NCBI GenBank assembly: GCA_051294375.1
Contig: JBJCIZ010000368.1
Span: forward strand, 1 to 51,859
Direction: 5' to 3'
DNA length: 51,859 bases
Source: Paraspadella gotoi
Lineage: Eukaryota > Animalia > Chaetognatha
Under the pieces are notes generated by a model. That model worked only from the letters and a program-made list of their open reading frames with translations, was not told the origin of the DNA and did not search any database. Below are positions 35,293 to 47,742 of the stretch, one piece after another. Every line of letters begins with the position of its first letter. The first letter of the stretch is position 1. A program made the translations under genes and the position numbers.

Positions 35293-35964
35293 CTTTTTTT
35301 ATTAAATTTTTGTATTCTTTTTCATTCAACCATAGAGAGAGTTCAGGATCCAAAACTGATTTGACGTTATATTCCGTTTCAGCGCCAACTCCTGATTTAT
35401 TATTTCTGAGAGTTTTCCCGCCCACTTTTCTTGTCTGCCTTAAATAGTAGTGAATCCCTTTTTGCTCGTGATCATCTCCTTTTAAAACCAAGCTCAGCTC
35501 TGGTTCATAGTAAGATCGAAGCTTACCTTCTACTTTATATGTCACAGGGTATGTTAATAATTTTTCTCTTATTTCGTGTACAGTAGGGCTAAAAGAAAGA
35601 TGATATGAACGATGAAACTTACCCAAATCATCCTTAATCACTCTCACAAAATCTCCAACTTTAAATTTAGATTTTTTATTTTTATATTTCTCTCTTTTCA
35701 GTTTTTCCTGTTTCATATACTGACGATGGACGTACTCGATGTTGGCGTCGCAGAAATATATTTCGTCTGGGCTCAAATTAAATAACGTTGGCGTTGGAGT
35801 GGCGTTATAGCTCTTCACGATTGGCTGAAGCACATCCACCCATCTTAATGTCTTTCTAGCAGTAAAATACTTATGAATTGCACCCTCAAGCGTTTGAATA
35901 AATCTCTCACATATAACCGTTTTTAAAGGACTTCTTGTGTGATAAAAATTTATTAAATTATCCT
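35264..35964 (-). CDS. INT: RVE (retroviral-like) integrase, C-terminal half with chromodomain-like tail
   Basis: KTVICERFIQTL (catalytic Glu), WVDVLQPIVKSYN, KFKVGDFVRV, F..SY..SFS, PVTYKV, YYEPEL and EYNVK...W. The N-terminus lies in a gap. Confidence 0.92.
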
Positions 35965-38167
35965 NNNNNNNNNNNNNNNNNNNNNNNNNAGTTGGAAAAA
36001 CATATTTTTGTTAGATCGAAAATTGTTAGCTATGGAAATTTCTATTTGGAAAGAAATAGTGTATAATAAAACTTGAAATTAATTCCCTTTATATATTCTG
36101 CGATTCCATTGACTGATACAATAAATGTAGAAGCCTTGTGTATTTGAATAGTGTTATTTTTGGCTAAAAAATTAATTTTTAACCCTCGAGTATTTTTATA
36201 GTATCCAATTTTGAAATATTATTTTATTTTTTTTGAAATTTTGGTAAAACATGGCCGAGTGAAGATTGGGAAGAAAGAATTAGTAAATTACAAAATGTAA
36301 AACTAATAATATTTCTCTCGGCCTAAAAATTCCATTCTCGTTTTAAACATTCCTATTTGAATAAAAAGTAAGTTCATATAAAAGTCATTGTTATTTTATT
36401 CTCGCAGCTCATATTATTCTCGCATTTTCGCCTTCGATGTTCTAATCTGACAATCACTCTCGTTCATTTTACTTTGTATGAATTCTTTCACTAAAAATCC
36501 GTCCTCCACTGTATATATCGTCAAAATCTTTTTGTTACGAAATAACTATCTTTAATTCGAGAAACCAGCTTCTCTACCTTTTCCCCCGTTGCTCTTTTGC
36601 TCTTATTACTGACATCGAAATGCACGTTCTAAGCGATCGACACGACTCTTTAGGCTTCTCTCTTTTGTTTAATACTCGTACAGAATTCCGAAGTGCAGTG
36701 TACAGCTTGAATTCTGATTGTGCCGTGATTTTTGATAGATTTCGATTGAGATTCTAATCGAATCTGGCACGTGCATCTTCAATCTCAAAGTTGTCATGGG
36801 TTTTTTAGTTCTTTTTCAGAGCATTCAGAAACTCTCTTATCAGATATCTCTATTTATTTTTTGTGTGGATCGCTGGTTTGGTGGACTTTCTTATGAAGAG
36901 AAGCATCTCTTTTTGTATATTATTGGTTCAGAAACAAGTAAGAAAGACACTTTAAACTTATATATATTTTGCTGAGTTTGTACTAATGTTTGAGTTATTC
37001 TTTGCCGCAGGACTTCTAACTTTTTCTTAGACTACTCCTTCTTCTTACGACTATTACAGACATTCTCGTCAAGTCCTGGCTCGTACCAGTCCATTTCCGG
37101 CTTAGCCACGTCGTTACTGAGACTTGTCGTCAGCATTCCAGGCGGTCTGGACCCGGCGCCATCGTCTCTTCTGCGCCATTTTTTACCCAATTCCATCTGG
37201 TCTCATGCGCATAATTAGTCCAGTCAGTTAGAATTCAAGACGCACTTTCCGAACTTAGTCTTTCTTTCTACGGAAAGTCGATGCTCTTTTTAAAATTCAC
37301 GTTATCAATTGCATTATGCAGACGAAAGTAGATATTGAATGCAAAACAATTCAAATATAAAATCATAACGACGAATTCAATTATTAGAATAAATTTTTCT
37401 AAATGCACAAATAAGTTGAATTCGAAATGCAATAATTCTTAAACAATTCAAAACGGAATTAAATATCATCAATTTTTTTCTATGAAAAAAAACGAAAAAA
37501 AACTTTTACCATTTATCGCGAAAAAATTTACTGTCACATTGATTATTGATCGTTTCTGATTTAAATATTGGATCAACATGCAATATTTATTTTTGATCAG
37601 TTATCACAATTACATAATTCATGCTTACAAAAACAGCGATCCCCTTTTTACACTCCAGGCCAATCTTAACATCTCTAAGAGACACGTCGCCATTAAGACT
37701 CTCGCAGGCGTTAGGAAGATCGGTGCTTTTCTCTTCAACCGTGAATCAAGAACCTGAATCTCAAAATTTTTGATTAATACGACATACATGAAATCAAATT
37801 AATTTATTATGATTAATATCACATATAATTAATTGTATAGTTTTGACCATTTTCTCATTATTCCCTTAAAGAAGGATCCTGACGGATTCTACAACTTGAG
37901 AAGGTCTACTATGTGAGTACAATAATAATTGAATAATATATATTAATCAATTATACAGTGAAATTTACAAGTGGTCACCCATTCTCTAATTCGTTCTACA
38001 GCCACGGCAAAGACCCGGCACAAACGCCGTGCGCGTCTCCCACGTTTAAACAAAAGACGCTCGCATCCATCAATTATCATTAAGTTCGCCAATATATTCT
38101 CATCTATTGAAATTGCTTGTAATAATTATTTGTCACATTTATTTAATTAAACAATTCNNNNNNNNNN

Positions 38168-38550
38168 CCATCCCGCGAGCTGGTGTTTCAAAAGTCAATG
38201 GATCCTCAAAAACCTTTAGAGGAGTTTGAAGTTTTTTAGGATTTAACACTGTTCTCTTTTTTGCTTGTAGTCCATCGTTTAAAATTTGTTACGCTTCGAT
38301 GTTAGAAATAAACTCTTTAGTTTTAGGATCCTGTTCTAATATAGTTTTTAAAATATCATTGACTGTATAAGTCAAGTTTTTTCTTGGTCGAATCAAATCG
38401 TTAATGATCTCACTAGCCTGCCCCCGAATAGCATTTCCATTTACTGTTATTCTTTCTGGAGTTATAACTAAATTTGAAAAATTTTGAAGTCTTCTGATAA
38501 GCCTTAATCCCTTGGTGCGCATCGTAGGCGATAATTTTTGTGAAATTAAT
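38168..38550 (-). CDS. Fragment of conserved Maverick ORF upstream of the integrase
   Basis: ITVNGNAIRGQASEIINDLIRPRKN resembles the G..I.GS.I.DLI motif of this Maverick gene. A second copy lies at about 45915-46316. Confidence 0.5.
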
Positions 38551-39438
38551 NNNNNNNNNNNNNNNNNNNNNNNNNNNNNNNNNNNNNNNNNNNNNNNNNN
38601 NNNNNNNNNNNNNNNNNNNNNNNNNNNNNNNNNNNNNNNNNNNNNNNNNNNNNNNNNNNNNNNNNNNNNNNNNNNNNNNNNNNNNNNNNNNNNNNNNNNN
38701 NNNNNNNNNNNNNNNNNNNNNNNNNNNNNNNNNNNNNNNNNNNNNNNNNNNNNNNNNNNNNNNNNNNNNNNNNNNNNNNNNNNNNNNNNNNNNNNNNNNN
38801 NNNNNNNNNNNNNNNNNNNNNNNNNNNNNNNNNNNNNNNNNNNNNNNNNNNNNNNNNNNNNNNNNNNNNNNNNNNNNNNNNNNNNNNNNNNNNNNNNNNN
38901 NNNNNNNNNNNNNNNNNNNNNNNNNNNNNNNNNNNNNNNNNNNNNNNNNNNNNNNNNNNNNNNNNNNNNNNNNNNNNNNNNNNNNNNNNNNNNNNNNNNN
39001 NNNNNNNNNNNNNNNNNNNNNNNNNNNNNNNNNNNNNNNNNNNNNNNNNNNNNNNNNNNNNNNNNNNNNNNNNNNNNNNNNNNNNNNNNNNNNNNNNNNN
39101 NNNNNNNNNNNNNNNNNNNNNNNNNNNNNNNNNNNNNNNNNNNNNNNNNNNNNNNNNNNNNNNNNNNNNNNNNNNNNNNNNNNNNNNNNNNNNNNNNNNN
39201 NNNNNNNNNNNNNNNNNNNNNNNNNNNNNNNNNNNNNNNNNNNNNNNNNNNNNNNNNNNNNNNNNNNNNNNNNNNNNNNNNNNNNNNNNNNNNNNNNNNN
39301 NNNNNNNNNNNNNNNNNNNNNNNNNNNNNNNNNNNNNNNNNNNNNNNNNNNNNNNNNNNNNNNNNNNNNNNNNNNNNNNNNNNNNNNNNNNNNNNNNNNN
39401 NNNNNNNNNNNNNNNNNNNNNNNNNNNNNNNNNNNNNN

Positions 39439-39716
39439 GTACAACCACTGCTTTTTTATCTTTCAAGTTCTCTTCTGAGATAAAATGTTCGTCAAATCCC
39501 TCGATGAAGTTAATGATATCGTTACGAGGTTCGTGAAACACCTCTTGATCGCAGTCATAAAAATAATAAATTATATCCGGAACCTCTGTCAATAATTTGT
39601 CTGCATTGCGTAAAAATTCCAAACAAAGTCATCTTGCCGACGCCCGAGGCTCCAACTATAGCGATATTAGAGCCAAATGGGATTCGAAGATCGTAACAGT
39701 CTCCTTCTAATTCCAT
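39439..39716 (-). CDS. ATP: Packaging ATPase (A32/FtsK-HerA-like), N-terminal fragment, copy 1
   Basis: MELEGDCYDLRIPFGSNIAIVGASGVGK (Walker A), one indel, then EFLRNADKLL..IIYYFY..Q and KAVVV leading into Walker B at the gap. Confidence 0.88.
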
Positions 39717-40355
39717 TTTGAATTTAATAAACTAAAAATTTCCTCTAAATAATAAGGAGCAGCTGAAGCTGCCTCAGCGCTTGCTGCGAGGATTCGCCGG
39801 CCCTCAGAGTCTCGATATATCAAAAGATTCTTTATTGAGCTTAATGTCGTGACTAAATCTTTTAATCCCTGTCCATTGTCCACCCCTCTATTAAAATATT
39901 GTATGAAAAGTCGGTCTATGGCATTTGTAAGTTCTTTTATACTTTCTCCAATAACCATTTCATNNNNNNNNNNNNNNNNNNNNNNNNNNNNNNNNNNNNN
40001 NNNNNNNNNNNNNNNNNNNNNNNNNNNNNNNNNNNNNNNNNNNNNNNNNNNNNNNNNNNNNNNNNNNNNNNNNNNNNNNNNNNNNNNNNNNNNNNNNNNN
40101 NNNNNNNNNNNNNNNNNNNNNNNNNNNNNNNNNNNNNNNNNNNNNNNNNNNNNNNNNNNNNNNNNNNNNNNNNNNNNNNNNNNNNNNNNNNNNNNNNNNN
40201 NNNNNNNNNNNNNNNNNNNNNNNNNNNNNNNNNNNNNNNNNNNNNNNNNNNNNNNNNNNNNNNNNNNNNNNNNNNNNNNNTTCTAATTCGTGATTATCGA
40301 TGGGTAAAATTTGCCTGAGCCCTTCGTCTAATTCGATTAAATTGTTAGGATCCAT
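39707..40355 (-). CDS. Hypothetical helical protein directly upstream of the ATPase
   Basis: MDPNNLIELDEGL... continues across the gap to ...LLNSKWN*, overlapping the ATPase ATG. A second copy lies at about 47735-48255. Confidence 0.55.
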
Positions 40356-41199
40356 GGTATCCGTTTCTAAGGTGNNNNNNNNNNNNNNNNNNNNNNNNNN
40401 NNNNNNNNNNNNNNNNNNNNNNNNNNNNNNNNNNNNNNNNNNNNNNNNNNNNNNNNNNNNNNNNNNNNNNNNNNNNNNNNNNNNNNNNNNNNNNNNNNNN
40501 NNNNNNNNNNNNNNNNNNNNNNNNNNNNNNNNNNNNNNNNNNNNNNNNNNNNNNNNNNNNNNNNNNNNNNNNNNNNNNNNNNNNNNNNNNNNNNNNNNNN
40601 NNNNNNNNNNNNNNNNNNNNNNNNNNNNNNNNNNNNNNNNNNNNNNNNNNNNNNNNNNNNNNNNNNNNNNNNNNNNNNNNNGGGGTGGGCTTAGCCCTCC
40701 CCACCAATTTTGATAGTTGCCTCGAACGTCTCGTGCTCGAGGGTGGATATAATTATGGTAAATTTCAAATGACAGTTTATTTAATACTTGTATTTAAAAA
40801 AATATTTTTTTATGTTTTCCAGATGTGGCGTGGCGCGTTTGCCCCGAAGAGCGGAGACCGCTGACCCCATTTTCGTCGTCGTCGTGGTCGTCGTCGTCTT
40901 CGGCGTCGTCCTCAGGGATAGTTAAAAAAAATTCTTAAAGCGCATAAAAAGAATCGTCGCAAATTGAATAAAAAGAGAAGAGAGAGAGAGAGAGTGAGAG
41001 TGAGAGAGACAAGGAGACCATAAATAAATGGGTATTGTTTGTTTTGATAAAAGCATCTTTTAATAACTGTCCTAAACACCATTTTAAGGACAATCGATGA
41101 TGATAAGTTGATTTTTTTAATTATTAACATATTGAAAATATTAATTAATTAATTAATACGATTAATTAATTATTTTATTATCGGGCAGATCCGACATTA

Positions 41200-43400
41200 G
41201 TTTTGCTCAAACATTGTAAAGGTTTGATTCACTTCCAGCTGAGTTGCTGCAGGATCACGATCTCCAACAAACAACATGATCAAAACCTTGATTGACCGCA
41301 GAAAATTTGTTTTGAGTCTTACTCTATATGTGAAATTCCATCACTAGACACAACAGGGAGAAACTTGATTCTCCATCAGGGGGTCAGCGCAGTAAGCACT
41401 CCCTGATTACTGATGATGAAGAGACTGCGGTGACGAGGAATGCAAAGTTCCCCATAGAGATAACAGCAAAGCTTCGTGTTTATCTGGCAACCTTCCTCTT
41501 TTCCTCAATAACAATTTTTTCAACTCACATCAGGCGGCCTGTTGCCATTTCCAAGATTTTCTGGAGAACTATTGTCTGCAACTGGAACTTCTTGGCTTTA
41601 ATTGGCTCATCCACAACTTCGTCAACTGTCCTCAGTGTGGCCTGAAGCTACATCTTTATCTGAAGAGTTGAACAATTGGAGACTTGTCAAGGGGCAAGAA
41701 GACCATTTCCACTTCTTGATTTCAACCGCTTTCCTGCGACGCCTTGTCACTCTACTGTGAGTAGCAACCAATTGAATGATGGAATAGCTTCTTTGTCTAA
41801 TTCCTGTCTCTATTAGAGCTGTCCCGGATCCCAGTCATCTGATGAAGCACTGCTACTTTGTCAGCCTGACTGCCGACGGAGGGTGTGCCGGATCAGGGAA
41901 TCATTTGCCGGAAATGCGTCCACACTCAGTGTCATCATATCCGGAGTCGGGTCCCGGCGGAGCATTTCAATGTGGGAAGACATTAAGCCTTAGACATAGT
42001 AGTCCCTCTTCTTGCTTTCAAAAAAAATTTGACACAATCATCTGAAATACTTTCATTCAGAAGTGATTCAAGCGGAACTTTCTCTCTTGATTGAGAAAGG
42101 CAGGTTCTGAATGGTGTAGCGTCTGCAGAAGTTGATGCTTTTTTTGCAAAAAATTTTGACGAAAAAATCAGTTGAAAAATTTGATGACGATGACGAAATG
42201 AATGGCAGTAGAAAAAATTTATTCCGATGATCTTGAACCATTCCGAAAAAATTATTGCCATTTTTTGTAGTATCCAAATGACGCCATTGACGGCGCAGGC
42301 GACATCAATGACTGGAAACGAGACTTCGAATCCGCGCCCCATCATGCATTGCCTTCTTCCCTTTTGCATCTTTCGTGGCATGCTCAAGATTCGGTTTTAC
42401 TCTGGTGCTTTTGGGACAGCCGACGGATGGGTGCTGACCCGATTCTCCCGCAAAAATAAACATGGTTTTTTCTCTTTGTATTGATTCCAAATCTTCATCA
42501 CTTTCAGGCAGTAAATAACAACGATGTGGAGGAGGGAGCTCATGTCCGCCACCGGTTGCCCTTGCCACGGAACCCAACTAAAGCCGCCCCTGAAACGCTG
42601 CTTTGCCCTGCCCTGACGTCCAACTTCGATGGTGGAAACGTCCATCTGCTCCGACGATTTGCAAATCCGACGCAATTGACGGTCGCAGCCTTTCGCGGCG
42701 CGATTGGTTTCAAGGCTATCGGCGTGGACCTCGCCACATCAGATAAGTCTCTTCACGCTGGATGATAAGCACTTCTACGAGCGCGAGCAACAATTTTTAT
42801 CTTTTAGTTTACAAATAATCGCAAATAAATTGGTTTTCGTCCCTCCCCAAAGCCTTTTCCATTACATAAGAAAAACGTAAATAAAAATGCATAATCCGTT
42901 TTGTCTTTAGATTTGTTTCAATCGTATTGATATTTTACTTAAGAACCAACTATTTTGAAATTAGGGACAGGTGACAGCTCTCAGTGACAAAAAATATTCG
43001 TGCAGCAGAGGGCATACGGGTGTGAGAGATAAATGTTGCATAAATAGGTCAAGGTTATCATCAGAATGGGCAACAACAATCGCGACTTTCGTCGCCAAAA
43101 GACTCACTTGGGAAACATGCAATTTCTTGCTGGATGATGGACTCCTTCTGCAGGAAAGCAAAACGCGTCGTCCGTTTGTTTCAGCTTCGTCTTGATCTGC
43201 CTATCCATCTTTATTTGCCAGACCGAAACTCCTCTGGCAAGTTGATCGATGACCTCGGCGGCGCTGGCGGCCGGCAGAACGATGCAGGAACGCACGGCAC
43301 GGGAGGGGGAACGGGTAAGAGAAGTAGGCGGGTAAGGGAAAATAGACGGGAAAGTGGGGAGAGATTGGGAAAAGTGGAGACGGAAAAAACGAAGATGGAA
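41200..43400 (-). CDS. Multi-exon hypothetical accessory gene, possibly with a degenerate RING-like motif
   Basis: Coding-like composition in overlapping minus-strand ORFs, an AT-rich intron-like gap at about 42790-42960, and HIVVIYCLK...KPCLF at about 42455-42530. Confidence 0.3.
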
Positions 43401-43629
43401 GGAAGAAGGCTTGGGTAAGGAAAAGAGATGAACGCGGCGCCGTTGAAACGGTCACCGGAATGGGCGATCGAGAGACGGATCCTGTTGAGCAAAAAACAAC
43501 GTTCATGTCAATAACCATGTGTTTTCAGATGTCACTCAATCGATTTTTTTTTTTTTTTGTCCATTACGTCTCCTATCACCCAGTCATGGGTGGTTTTACA
43601 TATTAACTCTATTTTACCTGGACTTCAGA

Positions 43630-44100
43630 TTTCACTTAACCAAATCCTCTCTTAAAGTAAAGCGATCATACCATCTCTCTCTTCGATCAATTTTTTTTAT
43701 TCTTTCTCTTTCTTTCTTCTCTCTCTCCACTACGACTCTCTCTCCATCTCTGATATAATTTTTTCCGTTGATTCTTTCTAATTCAAAACAATGCCTCTCA
43801 TGCCTTGAATTTCCTCTCACAGCAATCATCTCTCTCATATCGTCTAACCGCCTTTTTCAAACTTTGAACGTATTCCTCATCCGTGAGAGGAACACCTTCT
43901 GCACGTTCTCGTCGATTCCACGCAGATGGTCGATATCGATTATTCTGTTGCACGGCCGCGCATCGAATTCGCTCGTCCCTATTGAGCGAGGAACCACTCT
44001 GCTTCAGAATCGTCCGCGCGTTTGAATTGCAAATGGTCTCCCATCTCGCCAATCTGGCGGTCCAAGAACCCGACGCTTCCCAGATGCCATGACTAAAATA
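43630..44100 (-). CDS. Hypothetical charged accessory protein (frameshifted)
   Basis: Overlapping minus-strand ORFs 44004-44189, 43798-44052 and 43632-43838 form a continuous coding-like stretch. Confidence 0.3.
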
Positions 44101-44717
44101 AAATTCTCAAGAAAAGGTAAGGTAAGATCTGCGATAGACCTTGGAAGAAAAAATGTATGAATTGGTAAACGAATTATGCCATGATTCAATCAATAAAACA
44201 ATTTGTTATAAAAAAATTAAGGCCTATTATTTAATTTATAACTCGCTTGCTTATAATTAATTCGACAATCTCAATCAAATTCGATGTCATTGTTGACCAG
44301 CAAAGGCCGGAAAAAATTTGAAAAGATAGACCAGCGAAGTCGTAAATCCTGGATTTTTCTCTTTTAATTTGCCGAAATTTTAGGTAGCGACGAACGAGTA
44401 TTTACTTCGGAGGCTTAAAAAAAACTATTCGTAACACGCGCTGAAACACCAGTGGAAGGACGGAATTTTTTTTTAAGTGAAAAGAATTTGATACAATAAA
44501 ATGATAGCAGAAGAGTTTATTTTCAGTATATCATCGAAGGGAATGCATAATAATAATGAGCGCGAGAATAAAATAACAATGACTTTTTATATGAACTACT
44601 TTTGTTATCAAAAGTAGGAATGTAAACGAGAAAATAGGAATTTTAGACCGAGAGAAATTATTAATTACATTTTTTGTAAAATTTACTGAAATTCTTTCTC
44701 CCAATCCCCACTGCCAT

Positions 44718-45670
44718 AGTAAGATCGAAGCTTGCCCTTCTACTTTATATGTTCACAGGGTAATGTTTAATAATTTTTCTCTTATTTCGGTGTAATAGTA
44801 GGGCTAAAAGAGGATGATATGAACGATGAACTTACCCAAATCATCCTTAATCACTCTCACAAAAGTCTCCAACTTTAAATTTAGATTTTTTATTTTTATA
44901 TTTCTCTCTTTTCAAGTTTTCCTGTTTCATATACTGACGATTGGACGTACTCGATGTTGGCGGTCGGCAGAATAATAATTTCGTTGGGCTCAATTAAATA
45001 CGTTGGCGTTTGGAGTGGCGTTTATAGCTCTTCAGAATTGGCTTGAAAGCACATCCACCATCTTAATTGGTTCTTTCTAGCGGTGATTGCACCCTCAGCG
45101 TTTTGAATAAAATCTAATCAACATATAACCGGTGTTTAAGGACTTCTGTGTGATAAATTTATTAAATTATCCTTAAATATTCTTTCAAACTTTACAAACT
45201 CAACTTCCCCCTGTCAGAAGTAAGAATATTTTTAGGCGCTTCTCTCCTCTTCTTTCAAATATGCGAATGCAAAAGGGCAGCCTTCATATTCTTTGTCGTT
45301 CCCCTTTTCCTAAGAATAGGACGACAATAAGGCCCTACGAGAAAAAAGAGTCGACGCAGCAGAGGATAAAAATAATTCCCTGATTAAATTTAGATAATTT
45401 CAATGAAAGAGAAACAAGATCCATATTCAAGTATCATTTAACATAGATCTTTTTAATGCTTCTTCTTTCAAACTTTATCTTTCTAGGTTTATGAAGAGAA
45501 ATAAGTAGGTTGATAAAGTAACCATTATTTGGCAACGTCTTTATTTGTTAACTTTCCCGCCCCTCTTCTTTAATCGGTTATAAAGAGTCCTTAAATTAGA
45601 ATATCTTCCCAACCTCACTTTGGTTATAATAATTCTTTTGAAAATTTATTAAATAAAAATAATTTTTTCC
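44718..45670 (-). CDS. INT: RVE integrase copy 2 (noisy, 3'-truncated at a junction)
   Basis: SLHKPRK, NMDL (first Asp) and TSDRG (second Asp), then a match to 35509-35964. It stops abruptly at 44718. Confidence 0.85.
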
Positions 45671-45689
45671 CATTTTTTTCTGATTCTAG

Positions 45690-45800
45690 GATGCCCGCTT
45701 TAAGTAGATTTTTGTTGCTTTTTTCCTTTCCGCTGTTGTTTTCCCTTACCATCGTTGTTTTCCTTGTCCGCGTTGTTTCTTTTGCATCTTGTTTGCTGTT
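45690..45800 (-). CDS. Short basic ORF segment with QxGxG repeats (candidate cleaved core peptide)
   Basis: MQKKQRGQGKQR(W)-GKGKQQRKGKKQQK read across an indel. Confidence 0.4.
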
Positions 45801-46699
45801 GAATTTAATTTAAAATTTTTTGGTTCTTAAAAGACTGCGTCCGGAGTAATATAGACCAGGCAAACTTTTAAATGATGATTAAAGAATCAATAATCCACCT
45901 CCTGCCCCCATTTTCCATCCCTGCGAGCTGGTGTTTCAAAAAGTCAAATGGATGCCTCAAAACCTTTAGAAGGAGTTTGAAAGTTTTTTAGGGATTTAAC
46001 ACTGTTCTCTTTTTGCTTTGTAGTCCATCGTTAAATTTGTTTACGCTTCGATGTTAGAAATTAAACTCTTTAGTTTTAGGATCCTGTTCTAAATATAGTT
46101 TTTAAAATATCATTGAACTGTATAAGTCTAAGTTTTTTCTTGGTCGAATCAATCGTTAATGATTCTCACTAGCCTGCGCCCCGAATAGCATTTCACAATT
46201 ACTTGTTTTCTTTCTGGAGTTTATAAACTAAATTTGAAAAAATTTTGAAGTCTTTCTGATAAGGCCTTAGATCGCCTTGGTGCGCATCGTAGGCGATAAT
46301 TTTTTGTGAAATTAATATTCCAAGCGTCCTAAGTTACCTACGCTTCACAACTTTATCCTTCTTCTCCTCTCCTAACAACCTCAACTGTATCCTCTTCTCC
46401 TGCTCTTCAGCTCACCATCTGCTAACGGACTCACCTCCTCAGCTGTTTTGGGGCGGGAGTTTGCCTAACGTGGATGCAGTCAATGGTGTCAATCAAAAAG
46501 GTCGTCGAATAATAGGATCAATACGCTCGCGCAAACTTACTTCCAATCTGATTATCTTCATTTTTTTCTAAGGGTTCTTATTCTCTATAAATTTTTATTA
46601 TATTTATCATAATAATACCTCGCATCTGCTGGAGGAACTAAGTCCCTTTCATGTTTTAAAAATCTATTATATTTGCTCCTTCAGTTAACATGTAGCATT

Positions 46700-47053
46700 T
46701 TTTTTAAAAGAACCATTTTTTTATTTTTAAAATAAATATTGAATAAGAGTAGGGATCAATGCCCGACAAGGACACTATTTAATATTAATGCTTTTCCTTT
46801 TGAAGAAACTTGGCGTCGAGATTTCGTTGTGGGAGTCTTAAGGCATAAAACTTAATTCTTTTTTATCTTTTTTAATTTTTGAAAGGGCGGATCAATCAAT
46901 AAATATTTCCCGACGGCTTATGTTAAATAAATCTCGCAAATAGTTTTAAATAACGTTAGGGTCCGCCTCTCTAATAAATTTTTTTTGTTCTTTATATAGG
47001 TGATAGATGCCAAATATCGAAGGAAATTGGAAAAATATGCTTTTAATTTCATT
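46700..47053 (-). CDS. PW-like basic core protein between ATPase and integrase (noisy)
   Basis: MKLKAYFSNFLRYL...FKTICEI followed by Lys-rich sequence; its position matches Maverick PW. Confidence 0.5.
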
Positions 47054-47084
47054 TTTTAAAATTTTTTTTTTCGATTTTTCTCGC

Positions 47085-47742
47085 AGGTAAATAGTAACGG
47101 GACATTCGTCTCAGACGGGAGAATATTAGTGCGAAGGCCAACAAGAATGGGAGACCTGTGGCGAAGAATCGAGTTAATAAAGCGTCGTCATAACTACCCA
47201 TGAAAAGGCGTTCTTATCTGGAAACATCTGTCCTAGCCAAAGTCGAGACGCCCCATTCTATCTCGACATTTCTCAATAATATGTTAAAAGTGAGTATTTA
47301 ACCGAGAATTAAATAGTAAAATTAGGAATATTTTTATAAAAATATCATCGTGTAATAAAATTAATCAGAAAGTTAAACCCGCGGTGAAATGAGGATAATT
47401 TTGTCATCATCTTTGTAGGAAACCGGATCAATGACTCCAATCTGATCGTCAAGTACAACCACTGCTTTTTATTTCAATTCTCTTCTGAGAATAAAATGTT
47501 CGTACCAAATCCCTCGATGAAGTTAATGATATCGTTACGAGTTCGTGAACACCTCTTGATCGCAGTCATGCATAAAAAAATAATAAAATTATATCCGGAA
47601 GCCTCTGTCAATAATTTGTCTGCATTGCGTAAAAATTCCAAAAACAAAGCATCTTGCCGACGCCCTGAGCTCCCAACTAATAGCGAGTATTAGAGCCGAA
47701 ATGGGATTCGAAGATCGTTAACAGCTCGCTTCTCAATTCCAT
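47085..47742 (-). CDS. ATP: Packaging ATPase copy 2 (noisy, full length)
   Basis: GVGK Walker A, AVVVLDDQ Walker B (about 47440-47465), QMFPDK and LRTNILP at the C-terminus. Confidence 0.85.

Larger units (their letters stand above)
33715..37260 (+). repeat. Direct duplication: about 33715-34465 versus 36540-37260
   Basis: ccagcttctctacctttt, gatagatttcgatt..gattctaatcgaat, cagaaacaagtaagaaagacactttaaac and cagtcagttagaattcaa are shared, with independent indel noise. Confidence 0.9.

Noticed and set aside
38413-40713. Long ORFs made mostly of X (also at 61-516, 22484-23551 and 27554-28489)
   Set aside because: Artefacts of N gaps. Only the flanking real sequence was used.
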